Assembly (NCBI RefSeq): GCF_000737315.1
Contig: NZ_JMCB01000003.1
Location: forward strand, 20,001 to 268,000
Source: Hyalangium minutum
GTDB lineage: Bacteria > Myxococcota > Myxococcia > Myxococcales > Myxococcaceae
DNA length: 248,000 bases
Reading direction: 5' to 3'
Shown: piece after piece, positions 61,727 to 71,628 of the stretch
Layout of the letters: the number at the start of each line of letters is the position of its first letter
Position numbering within the stretch: the first letter of the stretch is position 1
Program-made: the position numbers and the translations under genes
Notes under the pieces: generated by a model
What the model saw: the letters and a program-made list of their open reading frames with translations, nothing else
What the model was told of the DNA's origin: nothing
Databases searched by the model: none

Positions 61727-64700
61727 ATGAAGGCGTTCCTTCGGTTTGGTGCGCTGGCTGTGGGCGTGGCGCTCACCGCCAGCGGGGTGGGCGAGGCGGC
61801 ACCGCCTAAAAAGGCGGTGGGGAAGAAGCCTGCGGCGGCGGCCAAGGCGGCTCCTGTCGGAAAGAAGACGGTGGAGAAGGCCTCCAAGGAGAAGGCGCCG
61901 TCCGCGGTGCCGGGTGCTCCCGAGGAGAAGCGCCGCAACGGTCCGGCCCGGGTGGCCCCCGCCAATGCCAAGTTCGCGGAGCTGCCGCGCATCGCCGACA
62001 GCAAGAAGGACGCGCTGGCGGACAAGAAGCGCGACGAGGCCATCGAGGGCTTCAAACGCCTGATCCCGAAGATCCAGGACGGCACCTCGCGCAAGGCGGA
62101 CCTGCTGTACCGCTTGTCCGAGCTCTACTGGGAGAAGTCCAAGTACCTCTACCGGCTGGAGATGGACCGGTACCTGGAGGCGGAGAAGAAGTACGACGCG
62201 GCCGTGGCTCGCGGCGAGAAGCTGGAGGCCCCGAAGGAGGACCACCGCGACAGCGAGCGCTACCGCGCCGAGGTGATGAGCCTCTACGAGGACATCCTCC
62301 GCGACTATCCGCAGTACGAGATCCGCGACGAGGTCCTCTTCTCGCAGGCTTACAACCTGTACGAGCTCGGCCGCCAGCCCGAGGCCGTGAAGCGCTACGA
62401 GGAGCTGATCCGGGACTTCCCCAAGTCGCAGTTCGTGCCGGACGCGTACATCCAGCTCGGCAATCACTACTTCGACAACAACAAGCTGATGCCCGCGAAG
62501 CAGAACTACGAGAAGGCGCGGGACACCGGCGTTCCGAAGATCTACGCCTACGCCATCTACAAGCTGGCCTGGTGTGACTTCAACGCGGGCGACTATGAGG
62601 CCGGCCTCAAGAAGCTCCAGGAGGCGGTGGAGTACGCGGAGACCCGTGGCGAGGAGCTGGGCGACCTGAAGACCGAGGCGCTCAATGACTTGACCGTCTT
62701 CTATGTGCAGCTGGATCTGCCCAAGGATGCCATCGCCTACTTCAAGGCGAAGGCGCCCGAGAAGCGTCAGGCGCGGCTCATCGCGAAGACGGCGGTGGGG
62801 CTGGCGGACGCGGGCCACTTCGACAGCGGCATCTACATGTTCCGCTGGCTCATCGACGACAAGCCGATGGGCCCCAGCGCCCCCGAGTTCCAGCAGGCCA
62901 TCGTCCGCTCGTATGAGGGCCTGCGTCAGCGCACCCAGGTCCGCGCCGAGATGAAGAAGATGGTGGACCTGTACCGGCCGGGTGGCACGTGGTGGGAGGC
63001 CAACACGGGCAACAAGTCCGTGCTGCGCAACGCCTTCAACGTCACCGAAGAGGCCATGCGCGTGATGGTGACCGAGTACCACCAGGAGGCCCAGAAGACG
63101 CGCGAGGTGGCCACGTACCAGCTCGCTCGCGACATCTATAAGGAGTACGTGGACGCGTTCGCCTCCAGCTCGGATCCGGACTTCGTCTCGGACTCGGCCT
63201 TCAACCTGCGCTTCTTCTACGCGGAGATTCTGTGGGCCCTCGAAGAGTGGGAGGCCGCCGCCGCCCAGTATGACGCCGTGGTGGCTTTCAAGATCCCGGA
63301 CCGTGACTCGGCCCGCGAGGTCTCCAACGAGACCTACCGCAAGAGCGCCTCGTTCGCCGCGGTGCTCGCGTACGACAAGCTCGTGAAGATCGAGCGCGGC
63401 CAGCTCGCCAAGAGCGATCTCAAGGCCGGCCAGAAGGTCGACGAGAACAAGTACAAGGGTGACGTCGAGAAGAAGCGCATCATCAAGAAGAACGCGAAGG
63501 AGCAGCCCGAGCAGCAACTCACTCGCTTCGAGGAGCGCCTCGTCGCCGCCTGCGACACGTACAACTCGCTCTATCCGAACAACCAGGACGAGGTGGACCT
63601 GCGCTACCAGGCCGCCGTCATCCTCTATGACCGCAACCACTTCGTGGACGCGGCCCGGCGCTTCGGCGAGATCATCGTGAAGTTCCCCGAGGAGCGGCGC
63701 TCGCGCGACGCGGCGGACCTGACGATGTTCGTGCTGGAGAGCCGCGAGGAGTGGTTCGAGCTGAACAAGCTGGCGCGCCAGTTCCTGGGCAACAAGAAGC
63801 TGACCAAGCCCGGCACGGAGTTCGCCGCTCGCGTGGCCAAGGTCGTCGAGGGCAGCCAGTACAAGTGGGTGGACGAAGTCGTCTATCGCCAGGAGAAGAA
63901 CCCGAAGAAGGCCGCCGAGCTGTTCCTCGAGTTCGTCACCGAGTTCCCCAAGTCGGAGAACGCGGACCGCGCGCTCACCTACGCGATGATCATCTTCCAG
64001 GAGGCCGCCGAGCTGGATCGCGGCGTCGAGGCCGGCGAGCGCGTCCTCCAAGAGTACCCGGACAGCGTGTTCGACCTGAAGGTCCGCTACACGCTCGCGG
64101 GCTTCTACGAGAAGATGGCCGAGTTCAAGAAGGCCGCCGAGGCGTACGAGGCCTTCGTGGCCGCCTACGACGAGGCCGCCGGGACGGCGAAGAAGAAGAA
64201 GACCGCGAAGGGCGGGGCGTCGAAGGTGGCGCAGGGCTCCGCCGAGCGTGAGCAGATCCTCAAGGACGCCGAGGGCTGGGTGGCCGACGCGCTCTTCAAC
64301 GCGGGCGTCTGGTGGGAGGGCGTGGGCAATTCGCCGAAGGCCATCGCCGCCTATCAGTCGTACATCTCGCGCTTCCGCGACCGCAAGGATGTGCCGCAGA
64401 TCGCCTTCAACATCGCGCTCGTCCACGAGAAGGACGGCAAGTGGGCGGAGGCCGCCAAGGCGTTCGCCTCGTTCTCGGAGACGTACAGCCGGGATGCTCG
64501 CACCAACCCGGGGCAGCTCTACCTGGCGAAGTACCGCGAGCTGATGGCGCAGCGGCAGCTCAAGAGCTGGAAGGACATGGAGCGCCTGCAGAGCGAGCTG
64601 GTGCGCGGCTGGGCCAAGCTGCCCGACGAGAGCAAGCAGAACGTCAGCCTCGTCGACGCCTACGCCCACGCCCGCTTCATGGGGCTGGAGGCGCTGTGGA

Positions 64701-65302
64701 AGCACTACTCGGACATCAAGTTCACCCGCGTGTCCACCATCCGCCGCGATCTCGCCGCCAAGCAGCGCGAGATCCAGCGCGTGGAGAAGGAGTACGCGGC
64801 GGTGCTGGCCATCGGCTCGGGCGAGTGGGGTATCGCCGCGCTCACCCGCATCGGTCTGGCGTACGCGGACTTCGCTCGCAACATCATCGAGTCGCCGGAT
64901 CCCAAGGGCCTGGATGAGGAGCAGACCACCATGTACCGCGGCGAGTTGGAGAACCTCGCGCTTCCGCTCGAGGACAAGTCCACCGAGGCCCTGGAGAAGG
65001 CGCTCGACAAGGCCTACGAGCTGTCCATCTACAACGAGTTCACGCTCGCCGCGCAGGATCAGGTGAACCGCTACCGTCCGGGTGCCTACGCCCAGGTCCG
65101 CCAGGTGCCGTTCCGTGGCAGCGAGTTCTTCGCCACCTCGGATGTCGCCAAGGATCCAGGCATGTCGGCGGCCGCCACCGCGGGCTCCACGCCCACTGCG
65201 CCGAGTAAGCCCACGCAGGCTCCGAGCGCTCCGCAGGCGCAGCCTCAGGCTCCGCAGGCCTCGCCCGCGCCCGCCGCCACGGTGGGGGAGGCCCGGCCGT
65301 GA
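61727..65302 (+). CDS. nfsD: large TPR protein (GltD/AgmU paralog)
   Basis: about 1190 aa of TPR repeats, signal peptide, position in cluster. Confidence 0.7.
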   Translation: MKAFLRFGALAVGVALTASGVGEAAPPKKAVGKKPAAAAKAAPVGKKTVEKASKEKAPSAVPGAPEEKRRNGPARVAPANAKFAELPRIADSKKDALADKKRDEAIEGFKRLIPKIQDGTSRKADLLYRLSELYWEKSKYLYRLEMDRYLEAEKKYDAAVARGEKLEAPKEDHRDSERYRAEVMSLYEDILRDYPQYEIRDEVLFSQAYNLYELGRQPEAVKRYEELIRDFPKSQFVPDAYIQLGNHYFDNNKLMPAKQNYEKARDTGVPKIYAYAIYKLAWCDFNAGDYEAGLKKLQEAVEYAETRGEELGDLKTEALNDLTVFYVQLDLPKDAIAYFKAKAPEKRQARLIAKTAVGLADAGHFDSGIYMFRWLIDDKPMGPSAPEFQQAIVRSYEGLRQRTQVRAEMKKMVDLYRPGGTWWEANTGNKSVLRNAFNVTEEAMRVMVTEYHQEAQKTREVATYQLARDIYKEYVDAFASSSDPDFVSDSAFNLRFFYAEILWALEEWEAAAAQYDAVVAFKIPDRDSAREVSNETYRKSASFAAVLAYDKLVKIERGQLAKSDLKAGQKVDENKYKGDVEKKRIIKKNAKEQPEQQLTRFEERLVAACDTYNSLYPNNQDEVDLRYQAAVILYDRNHFVDAARRFGEIIVKFPEERRSRDAADLTMFVLESREEWFELNKLARQFLGNKKLTKPGTEFAARVAKVVEGSQYKWVDEVVYRQEKNPKKAAELFLEFVTEFPKSENADRALTYAMIIFQEAAELDRGVEAGERVLQEYPDSVFDLKVRYTLAGFYEKMAEFKKAAEAYEAFVAAYDEAAGTAKKKKTAKGGASKVAQGSAEREQILKDAEGWVADALFNAGVWWEGVGNSPKAIAAYQSYISRFRDRKDVPQIAFNIALVHEKDGKWAEAAKAFASFSETYSRDARTNPGQLYLAKYRELMAQRQLKSWKDMERLQSELVRGWAKLPDESKQNVSLVDAYAHARFMGLEALWKHYSDIKFTRVSTIRRDLAAKQREIQRVEKEYAAVLAIGSGEWGIAALTRIGLAYADFARNIIESPDPKGLDEEQTTMYRGELENLALPLEDKSTEALEKALDKAYELSIYNEFTLAAQDQVNRYRPGAYAQVRQVPFRGSEFFATSDVAKDPGMSAAATAGSTPTAPSKPTQAPSAPQAQPQAPQASPAPAATVGEARP

Positions 65303-65340
65303 TTCTCACTGACTTCAAGGCAGCTCCAGGGAAGACGACC

Positions 65341-66771
65341 ATGAAGATCGCCCGCACGCTTGCCGCCGCCGCGCTCGCCTTCACGACCGCGTGCGCCACG
65401 GCTCCTCAGGTCAAGCCCACGCCCGTCACCGAGACGGCGCCCCAGGCTCCTCATGCACAGGTGGCGGGTCAGCCCAGCAAGCCGGTCCCGGCGCCCACGC
65501 CGCCCTCGGCGGATGCCGGCCCGCACGAGCTGTTCATGTCGGCGCTCGCGTCCTTCGACGCCGGAGACTACGAGGCCGCGCGCAAGGGCTTCGAGCAGGT
65601 GGTGGCCAAGGCGCCGCAGAGCCTCAACGCGCAGTTCAACGTGGGGCTCATCGCCGAGCGTCAGGCGAAGCCCGCCGAGGCCCAGGCCGCCTACGAGAAG
65701 GTCCTCTCGGTGGACCCGAACCACCAGCCCTCGCTGCTGAACCTCGGCCGGCTGTACCGGCTGCAGGACCGGTTCGAGGACGCCATCGGCCTCTACGAGA
65801 AGGCGCTCAAGACGCCCGGCCACGAGCATGATGTGGCGCTGCTCAACAACCTCACCGTGGCGTACCGGCTCGCGGGCAAGTTCGAGCTCGCCGAGGCCAC
65901 TGCCCGCCGCGTCCTGGCCCGCAGCAAGGACAACCCCGACGCGTACAAGAACCTGGCGCTCATCTACTACGACCAGGGGCAGTACCGGCTCGCCGAAGTG
66001 GTGAGCGCCAACGCGCGCAAGCTCGCGGAGAACGATCCGGGCGTCTACAACAACCTGGGGATGATCTACTTGAAGCAGAACGATCGGTCCCGCGCGCTGG
66101 CCCAGTTCCAGAAGGCCGTGTCGCTCGATCCGAAGTTCGCTCCGGGCTACCTCAACATCGGCGCCATGTCGCTGGCCTACCGCGACTACACGGGCGCCGA
66201 GCGCGCCTTCTCCAAGGCGGTGGAGCTCGATCCCGCCTCCTACGAGGGCCACCTTTATTACGCCTACGCGCTCGACGGGCAGAAGGGCCGCGATCCGAAG
66301 AAGGGGCTCACCGCGGGCGAGGCCTTCGAGAAGGTCCTCACCCTCCGCCCCGATCAGCCGGATGCCATCTGCGGGGCGGGCTGGGCCTACGCGGCGGAGC
66401 GGGCTGGCTGGGACAAGGCGCTGGGCTTCTTCGAGCGCTGCAAGTCTCTCGCGAGCACCTCGCCGCAGGATCAGCAGATGATCGCCGCCAAGGTGCAGGG
66501 CATCCAGGCCATGAAGAAGAGCGGCCAGCCGGACCCCGCCGCCGAGCACAAGAAGGAGGCCACCACGGCTCCGGGCGCCAACGGTTCGCTGCTCGACAAG
66601 GTGTCCGAGGAGGCGGCGCGTCAGGAGGGCCCGCTGCCCGAGGAGACGGCTCCGGCGGGGGATGCGGCCTCGGGTGAGACCGCGCCTTCCTCGGAGGCTC
66701 CCGCCGCTGCGGACTCCGCGGCTCCGGCGGCTCCGGAAGGCAGCTCGCCTGCTCCCTCTCCGGTGCCGTGA
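65341..66771 (+). CDS. nfsE: TPR lipoprotein (GltE paralog)
   Basis: lipobox TTAC; TPR repeats. Confidence 0.7.
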   Translation: MKIARTLAAAALAFTTACATAPQVKPTPVTETAPQAPHAQVAGQPSKPVPAPTPPSADAGPHELFMSALASFDAGDYEAARKGFEQVVAKAPQSLNAQFNVGLIAERQAKPAEAQAAYEKVLSVDPNHQPSLLNLGRLYRLQDRFEDAIGLYEKALKTPGHEHDVALLNNLTVAYRLAGKFELAEATARRVLARSKDNPDAYKNLALIYYDQGQYRLAEVVSANARKLAENDPGVYNNLGMIYLKQNDRSRALAQFQKAVSLDPKFAPGYLNIGAMSLAYRDYTGAERAFSKAVELDPASYEGHLYYAYALDGQKGRDPKKGLTAGEAFEKVLTLRPDQPDAICGAGWAYAAERAGWDKALGFFERCKSLASTSPQDQQMIAAKVQGIQAMKKSGQPDPAAEHKKEATTAPGANGSLLDKVSEEAARQEGPLPEETAPAGDAASGETAPSSEAPAAADSAAPAAPEGSSPAPSPVP

Positions 66772-66952
66772 CAGGACAAACTACCGGAACGGATGGGTAC
66801 TTTTTTCCACTCCTCGGGCGGGCAGGGTGGCGGGCTCCGGGCAAGTTCCCTACGATCCGAGGCGTTGGGCTTGGACCAACTCCTGCAAGAACCCACCAGG
66901 AACCTCTTCGTGGGTCCGCTGTCTCAACCGATGAAGTGAATGGAGGCTGCAG

Positions 66953-67228
66953 ATGAAGCGACTGGCATCGGCGGTGGTGGCGGCGGCGTTGTGGGCGGGC
67001 CCGGTGGCGGCCCAGGAGAAGGAGGAAGTGAAGATCATCCAGGAGGAAGACAAGACGGTCTACCGGAAGAAGACCGTGATCGACTTCACGGATGTGACGG
67101 TGGAGGGCGAGCTCACCAAGCCGGAGGGCTCCTACGTCCTCAACCGGAAGAAGACGGACTTTCAGAGCCTCATCAAGGTCCGCGACAACTTCAACCCCGA
67201 GCTGCAGAAGTCGGTGGACAACCTCTAG
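66953..67228 (+). CDS. nfsF: small periplasmic protein (GltF paralog)
   Basis: KKTVIDF.D..VEGEL.KP.G, LIKVR.NF.PEL..S. Confidence 0.75.
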   Translation: MKRLASAVVAAALWAGPVAAQEKEEVKIIQEEDKTVYRKKTVIDFTDVTVEGELTKPEGSYVLNRKKTDFQSLIKVRDNFNPELQKSVDNL

Positions 67229-67285
67229 CGCCTGAAAGGGGCGCTTCGTTTTCTTGGGTGCGGAAGGGCGGAAGGAACGATCCTC

Positions 67286-69247
67286 ATGGCGGCGGGAAAG
67301 AATAACGGACTGAGGTTGCGCATCACGGGGCCTGACGGGGCCACGATGGAGACCATCGCGGACGCCGAGAGCGTCATCGTGGGCTCCGGTGCGCAGGCGG
67401 CGGTGAAGATTCAGGACCCCAGTGTCTCCAACCTCCACGTGATGTTGAAGGTGGACAAGGAGGGTGGAGTCACAGCGATCGATCTCGGCAGTGAGTCCGG
67501 GACCCAGGTCGGCGGGCAGCGGCTGATGGTGCCCAAGATGCTGGAGCCTGGAGATGTGCTCACAGTGGGGGCGTGCCGGGTGGAGGTGGTGTTCGGCGAG
67601 GTGGAGCCTCCGGCGCCCAAGGTGCCCGCGGGCGCGCAGGTGAGCGGGACGGGCTTCCAAGGCTCGGTGACACAGAAGGCCGCGGTGGCGCCTCCTGTGA
67701 ACCCGGCCAAGGCTGCGGCACCCGAGGTGGTGGTGCCGACCTCGAGCCGCACGCTGACGCCTCCGGGCCTCAAGGCGAAGGTGCCGACGCCGGTGCCGTT
67801 GCCCAAGGCTCCGGTTCCGGTGGCGGCGAAGAAGCCCGAGACGCCGGTCCACTTGCAGGAGCCACTGCCTCCGAGCGCCATGCCGACGTCCGAGGCGAAG
67901 GTGCTCCAGGTGGCGATGCTCTGGGGCGACCAGATCCTCGAGGTACAGCACTTCCGTGAGGGGGTGCCGGTCACCATCGGCGAGGGCAAGAAGAACTTCT
68001 TCCACGTCTTCGTGCCCGAGGTGGGCGCTCGCCACGTGCTGGCGGTGAGCCAGGGCGACAAGGTGGAGCTGCGCGTGCCCGCGGGCGGCGGAGTCTTCGT
68101 GACCTCGCAGGGGGATGTGCGGACGAAGGACGCGCTGCGCGCCTCCGGCCAGCTGGCGTCCTCGGTGGCGGCCAAGGGCCAGGTGTTCACGCTGGGGCTG
68201 CACGACCGGGCGGAGGTGGCGCTCGGGACGATCGCCTTCGTGGTGCGCTACGTGAAGCCCTCGCCGGCCATCCAGGCGAGGGCAGTGGACGAGGCGGACT
68301 TCACCTACTTCAAGATCACCTGCATCACGATCCTCGCGGCGGCGGCGGTGGTGGCGGCGATGCTGCTGACGCCTCGGCAGCAGACGGCCTCGGCGGACGA
68401 CATCCTCCAGGATCAGCAGCGGGTGGCGAAGTTCCTGATCAAGCCCGAGAAGAAGATCGAGATCAAAAAGCTGAAGCTCGCCGGAGTCGAGGAGGGCGCC
68501 AAGGCCAAGGACGAGGAGGGCAAGTTCGGCAAGGAGGAGGCGAAGAAGCAGGAGGCTGATCCCTCCAAGCCGGGCACTCCGGTGGTGGACAAGACCAAGC
68601 GCGAGAAGGACCGGCAGGTGGTGGGCAGCGTGGGCCTGCTGGGCGCCTTCAAGGGCCTCAAGGGCGGCGCCTCGGACGTGTTCGGTCCGGGCGGTCTGGG
68701 CACCGGCATCAACAACTCGCTCGGCGGCCTGAAGTCGGGCGCGGGGCTGGGGGATGCGCAGGGCGTGGGCGGGCTCGGCACACGCGGTAACGGCACGGGC
68801 GGTGGCGGCACGGCGCTGGGCATCGGCGGCCTGGGCACCAAGGGTGACGGCCGCGGCACCGGTGGCCACGGCGGCATCGATCTGGGCGGCAAGGGCAAGG
68901 CGACCACGCGCATCGTCCCGGGTAAGACGACGGTGGTGGGCGGCCTGGACAAGGACGTGATCGCCAAGATCATCCGGCAGCACCAGAACGAGATCAAATA
69001 CTGCTACGAGTCCGAGCTGAACAAGAACCCGAGCCTGGCGGGCAAGGTCGCGGTGGCCTTCACCATCGACCCGACGGGCGCGGTGGCTGATGCCAACGTG
69101 ACGGAGACGACGCTCAACAGCTCCACGGCGGAGAACTGCATGTTGGCGCGCATCCGCCGCTGGAAGTTCCCCGAGCCCAAGGGCGGCGGCGTGGTGGCCG
69201 TCACCTACCCGTGGCTCTTCTCGCCCGCGGGTTCCGAGGGCGAGTAA
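67286..69247 (+). CDS. nfsG: FHA + TM + TonB_C protein (GltG paralog)
   Basis: N-terminal FHA, Gly-rich linker, IKYCYE..L..NP.L.GKV, WKFPEPKGGG. Confidence 0.75.
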   Translation: MAAGKNNGLRLRITGPDGATMETIADAESVIVGSGAQAAVKIQDPSVSNLHVMLKVDKEGGVTAIDLGSESGTQVGGQRLMVPKMLEPGDVLTVGACRVEVVFGEVEPPAPKVPAGAQVSGTGFQGSVTQKAAVAPPVNPAKAAAPEVVVPTSSRTLTPPGLKAKVPTPVPLPKAPVPVAAKKPETPVHLQEPLPPSAMPTSEAKVLQVAMLWGDQILEVQHFREGVPVTIGEGKKNFFHVFVPEVGARHVLAVSQGDKVELRVPAGGGVFVTSQGDVRTKDALRASGQLASSVAAKGQVFTLGLHDRAEVALGTIAFVVRYVKPSPAIQARAVDEADFTYFKITCITILAAAAVVAAMLLTPRQQTASADDILQDQQRVAKFLIKPEKKIEIKKLKLAGVEEGAKAKDEEGKFGKEEAKKQEADPSKPGTPVVDKTKREKDRQVVGSVGLLGAFKGLKGGASDVFGPGGLGTGINNSLGGLKSGAGLGDAQGVGGLGTRGNGTGGGGTALGIGGLGTKGDGRGTGGHGGIDLGGKGKATTRIVPGKTTVVGGLDKDVIAKIIRQHQNEIKYCYESELNKNPSLAGKVAVAFTIDPTGAVADANVTETTLNSSTAENCMLARIRRWKFPEPKGGGVVAVTYPWLFSPAGSEGE

Positions 69248-69445
69248 GGCAGAGCCTCTCGGTTCGGAGCTGAAGTGACAGAGCCCCCGGTGCACCTTTG
69301 GGTGCCCGGGGGTTCGTGTCTGCGGGGGCGTGCGCCGTGGGATGGACGACGTTCGCCCTGAAGAGTTTTCACGCCGGACGTTGCCGCTCGGCGGGGGGGA
69401 TCATTAACGTCCAGCGCGCTTCAGGAAGTCTCTGGAGGACCTGCG

Positions 69446-70054
69446 TTGGGAGGTTCTGTGAGGAAGTCCGTTCTCGTCGCCGCGCTCGCGCTGTCCACCA
69501 CCGCCCTGGCGGCCACGCCCCCCGAGGGTGTGGAGTACAAGCCCCGCCGTGGCTTCTTCACCGAGACGGACATCGGCATGTTCTTCACGCTCGGCGGGGA
69601 GAACACGTACTCCAACGCCCAGTCGTACCTGCAGCTGGGCGTGGGGTATGACTTGACGGAGACGCTCTCGCTGGGGCTGCACTTCGGCCTGGGCTCGTCG
69701 GCGGCGAACTGCTTCGCGGGCTACCTGCCGGACTCGGACATCTGCGCGCTGTCGGACAACTTCACCGTGGCCTTCGGGGACATGACGGCCGCGTACCACG
69801 TGCGGATGACCGACCGGTTCTACCTGACGCCCAAGGTGGCGGCTGGCTACACGCGGCTGGATCCGGCCCCGGTGGACGTCAGTGGTGATCCCAGCCGCAC
69901 CCTGCATGCGCTGAACGCGGGGGTGGGCATCGGCATCGAGTACGGGACGATGATGGACCACTTCTCGGTGGGGGCGGACTTCCTGGCTCGCTACGTCTTC
70001 GGCCCGAACATCCCCACGTTCGCGTTGTTCCCGCGGGTGAAGTACACGTTCTAG
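69446..70054 (+). CDS. nfsH: outer-membrane OmpA-like barrel (GltH paralog)
   Basis: signal peptide, ends VKYTF. Confidence 0.7.
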   Translation: MGGSVRKSVLVAALALSTTALAATPPEGVEYKPRRGFFTETDIGMFFTLGGENTYSNAQSYLQLGVGYDLTETLSLGLHFGLGSSAANCFAGYLPDSDICALSDNFTVAFGDMTAAYHVRMTDRFYLTPKVAAGYTRLDPAPVDVSGDPSRTLHALNAGVGIGIEYGTMMDHFSVGADFLARYVFGPNIPTFALFPRVKYTF

Positions 70055-70184
70055 GCACCGCCTGCGGCCGGAGCCGTCATTCGCCTTCACACCTTTTTCG
70101 GCGTGCGTCCACCCAGGTATCGGAAGCGGGGGACGTGTCGACCGAGGTCGGATAACCTGGCGCGTTCCTCTTCACCTGCGAGGA

Positions 70185-71492
70185 ATGGCCATGCGTCGAT
70201 TGTTGGGAGGGTGCTCGGTTCTGGCGGTCTTGCTGTTCGCCTGTGGGGAGCCGGTGGAGACACCTCCGGCTCCTCCTCCGGACGTCCCGCCGACCTATCA
70301 CCGGGACATCGCACCGTTGGTGCAAGAGAAGTGCGGGAGCTGCCACACCCAGGGCGGCATCGCCCCGTTCCCGCTGCAGACCTACGCCCAGGTCTTCGAG
70401 ATGCGCTGGGCCGTCCAGGCGGCGGTGAAGGCGCGCATCATGCCCCCATGGATGCCCGCGCAAGACTGCACGGAGTACCTGCAGGACCACTCGCTCTCGG
70501 AGGAGCAGATCGCGCTCCTCTCCCGCTGGGTGGATGAGGGCGGTGTGGAGGGCGACGTGGCGGGCGCGCCCGGCGGCACCGGAGTCAGTGAGGGAGGACT
70601 CTCGCGCGTCGACCTGGAAGTCTCGATGGCCGAGCCGTTCACGCCCACGCAGAGGCCGGACCAGTACCGCTGCTTCGTGCTCGACTGGCCCGAGACCGCT
70701 ACGCGCTACGTCAGCGGGTTCCGTGGCAACCCGGGGCAGCCGTCGATCGTGCACCACCTCGTCGCGTTCCTTGCCAGGCCGGACGAGGTGGCCACCTTCC
70801 AGGGGCTGGACGCTGCCGATCCTGAGCCCGGCTACCCGTGCTTCGGTGGCCCTGGCCGGCCTGGGAACACGGTGTCGTGGCTCGGGAGCTGGGTGCCCGG
70901 CAGCACCGGCACGGACTACCCTGAGGGGACTGGCATCCAGGTGGAGCCGGGCTCCAAGATCATCCTCCAGCTTCACTACAACCTGAGCAGCGCGAACTCG
71001 GCGCCGGATCGGACCTCCCTGTCCCTGCGTCTGGAGTCCTCGGTGCAGAAGGTGGCCATCATGCAGCCCTGGTCCAACCCGGCCTGGCTGCAACCGGAGG
71101 CCATGCGCATCCCCGCGGGCCAGGCGGACGTCCGGTATCGCTTCGCGTTCGACCTGGTGCCCGTGCTCTCGCGCATCACCCGGGGCGCCTTCCGCGACAA
71201 CGAGCCCATCACCGTGCACACAGCCGCGCTGCACATGCACACGCTGGGCAGCTGGGGGCGCATGGAGATCGAGCGCAAGACGGGCATCAACGACTGCATG
71301 CTCCACATCCCGCGCTGGGACTTCCACTGGCAGAGCAGCTACGTGTTCACCCAGTCCAAGGAGGTCAAGCCCGGGGAGCGCATGGCCATCGAGTGCCACT
71401 GGGACAACAGCCAGCCCAACGCCCAGGACGTCACCTGGGGTGAAGGCACGGGCGACGAGATGTGCCTCGGCACCTTCTACATGACCCAGTAA
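70185..71492 (+). CDS. copper type II (PHM/DBH-like) monooxygenase lipoprotein with N-terminal CxxCH
   Basis: CGSCH; IVHHL; HMH; WDFHWQ; DEMC. Confidence 0.7.
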   Translation: MAMRRLLGGCSVLAVLLFACGEPVETPPAPPPDVPPTYHRDIAPLVQEKCGSCHTQGGIAPFPLQTYAQVFEMRWAVQAAVKARIMPPWMPAQDCTEYLQDHSLSEEQIALLSRWVDEGGVEGDVAGAPGGTGVSEGGLSRVDLEVSMAEPFTPTQRPDQYRCFVLDWPETATRYVSGFRGNPGQPSIVHHLVAFLARPDEVATFQGLDAADPEPGYPCFGGPGRPGNTVSWLGSWVPGSTGTDYPEGTGIQVEPGSKIILQLHYNLSSANSAPDRTSLSLRLESSVQKVAIMQPWSNPAWLQPEAMRIPAGQADVRYRFAFDLVPVLSRITRGAFRDNEPITVHTAALHMHTLGSWGRMEIERKTGINDCMLHIPRWDFHWQSSYVFTQSKEVKPGERMAIECHWDNSQPNAQDVTWGEGTGDEMCLGTFYMTQ

Positions 71493-71537
71493 GCCCCTTG
71501 GGTGAGGCCGAAATGCTCTTCAGGACATGTTTTTTAG

Positions 71538-71566
71538 CCTTAGGTTCGGCTAATTAACTCCTAAGG
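71538..71566. promoter_or_regulatory. inverted repeat upstream of amt (candidate operator)
   Basis: CCTTAGG-N15-CCTAAGG in an AT-rich promoter region. Confidence 0.35.
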
Positions 71567-71628
71567 TACTTGAAAATAGCCGATGCGGTCACCATGATGC
71601 GTCGCGTCGGATCAAGCCAGGAGGAGCC

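Noticed and set aside
57897-70054. Glt gliding-motility cluster
   Set aside because: The contiguous A-to-H order matches nfs; motility glt genes are split in two loci. Needs reciprocal BLAST to confirm.
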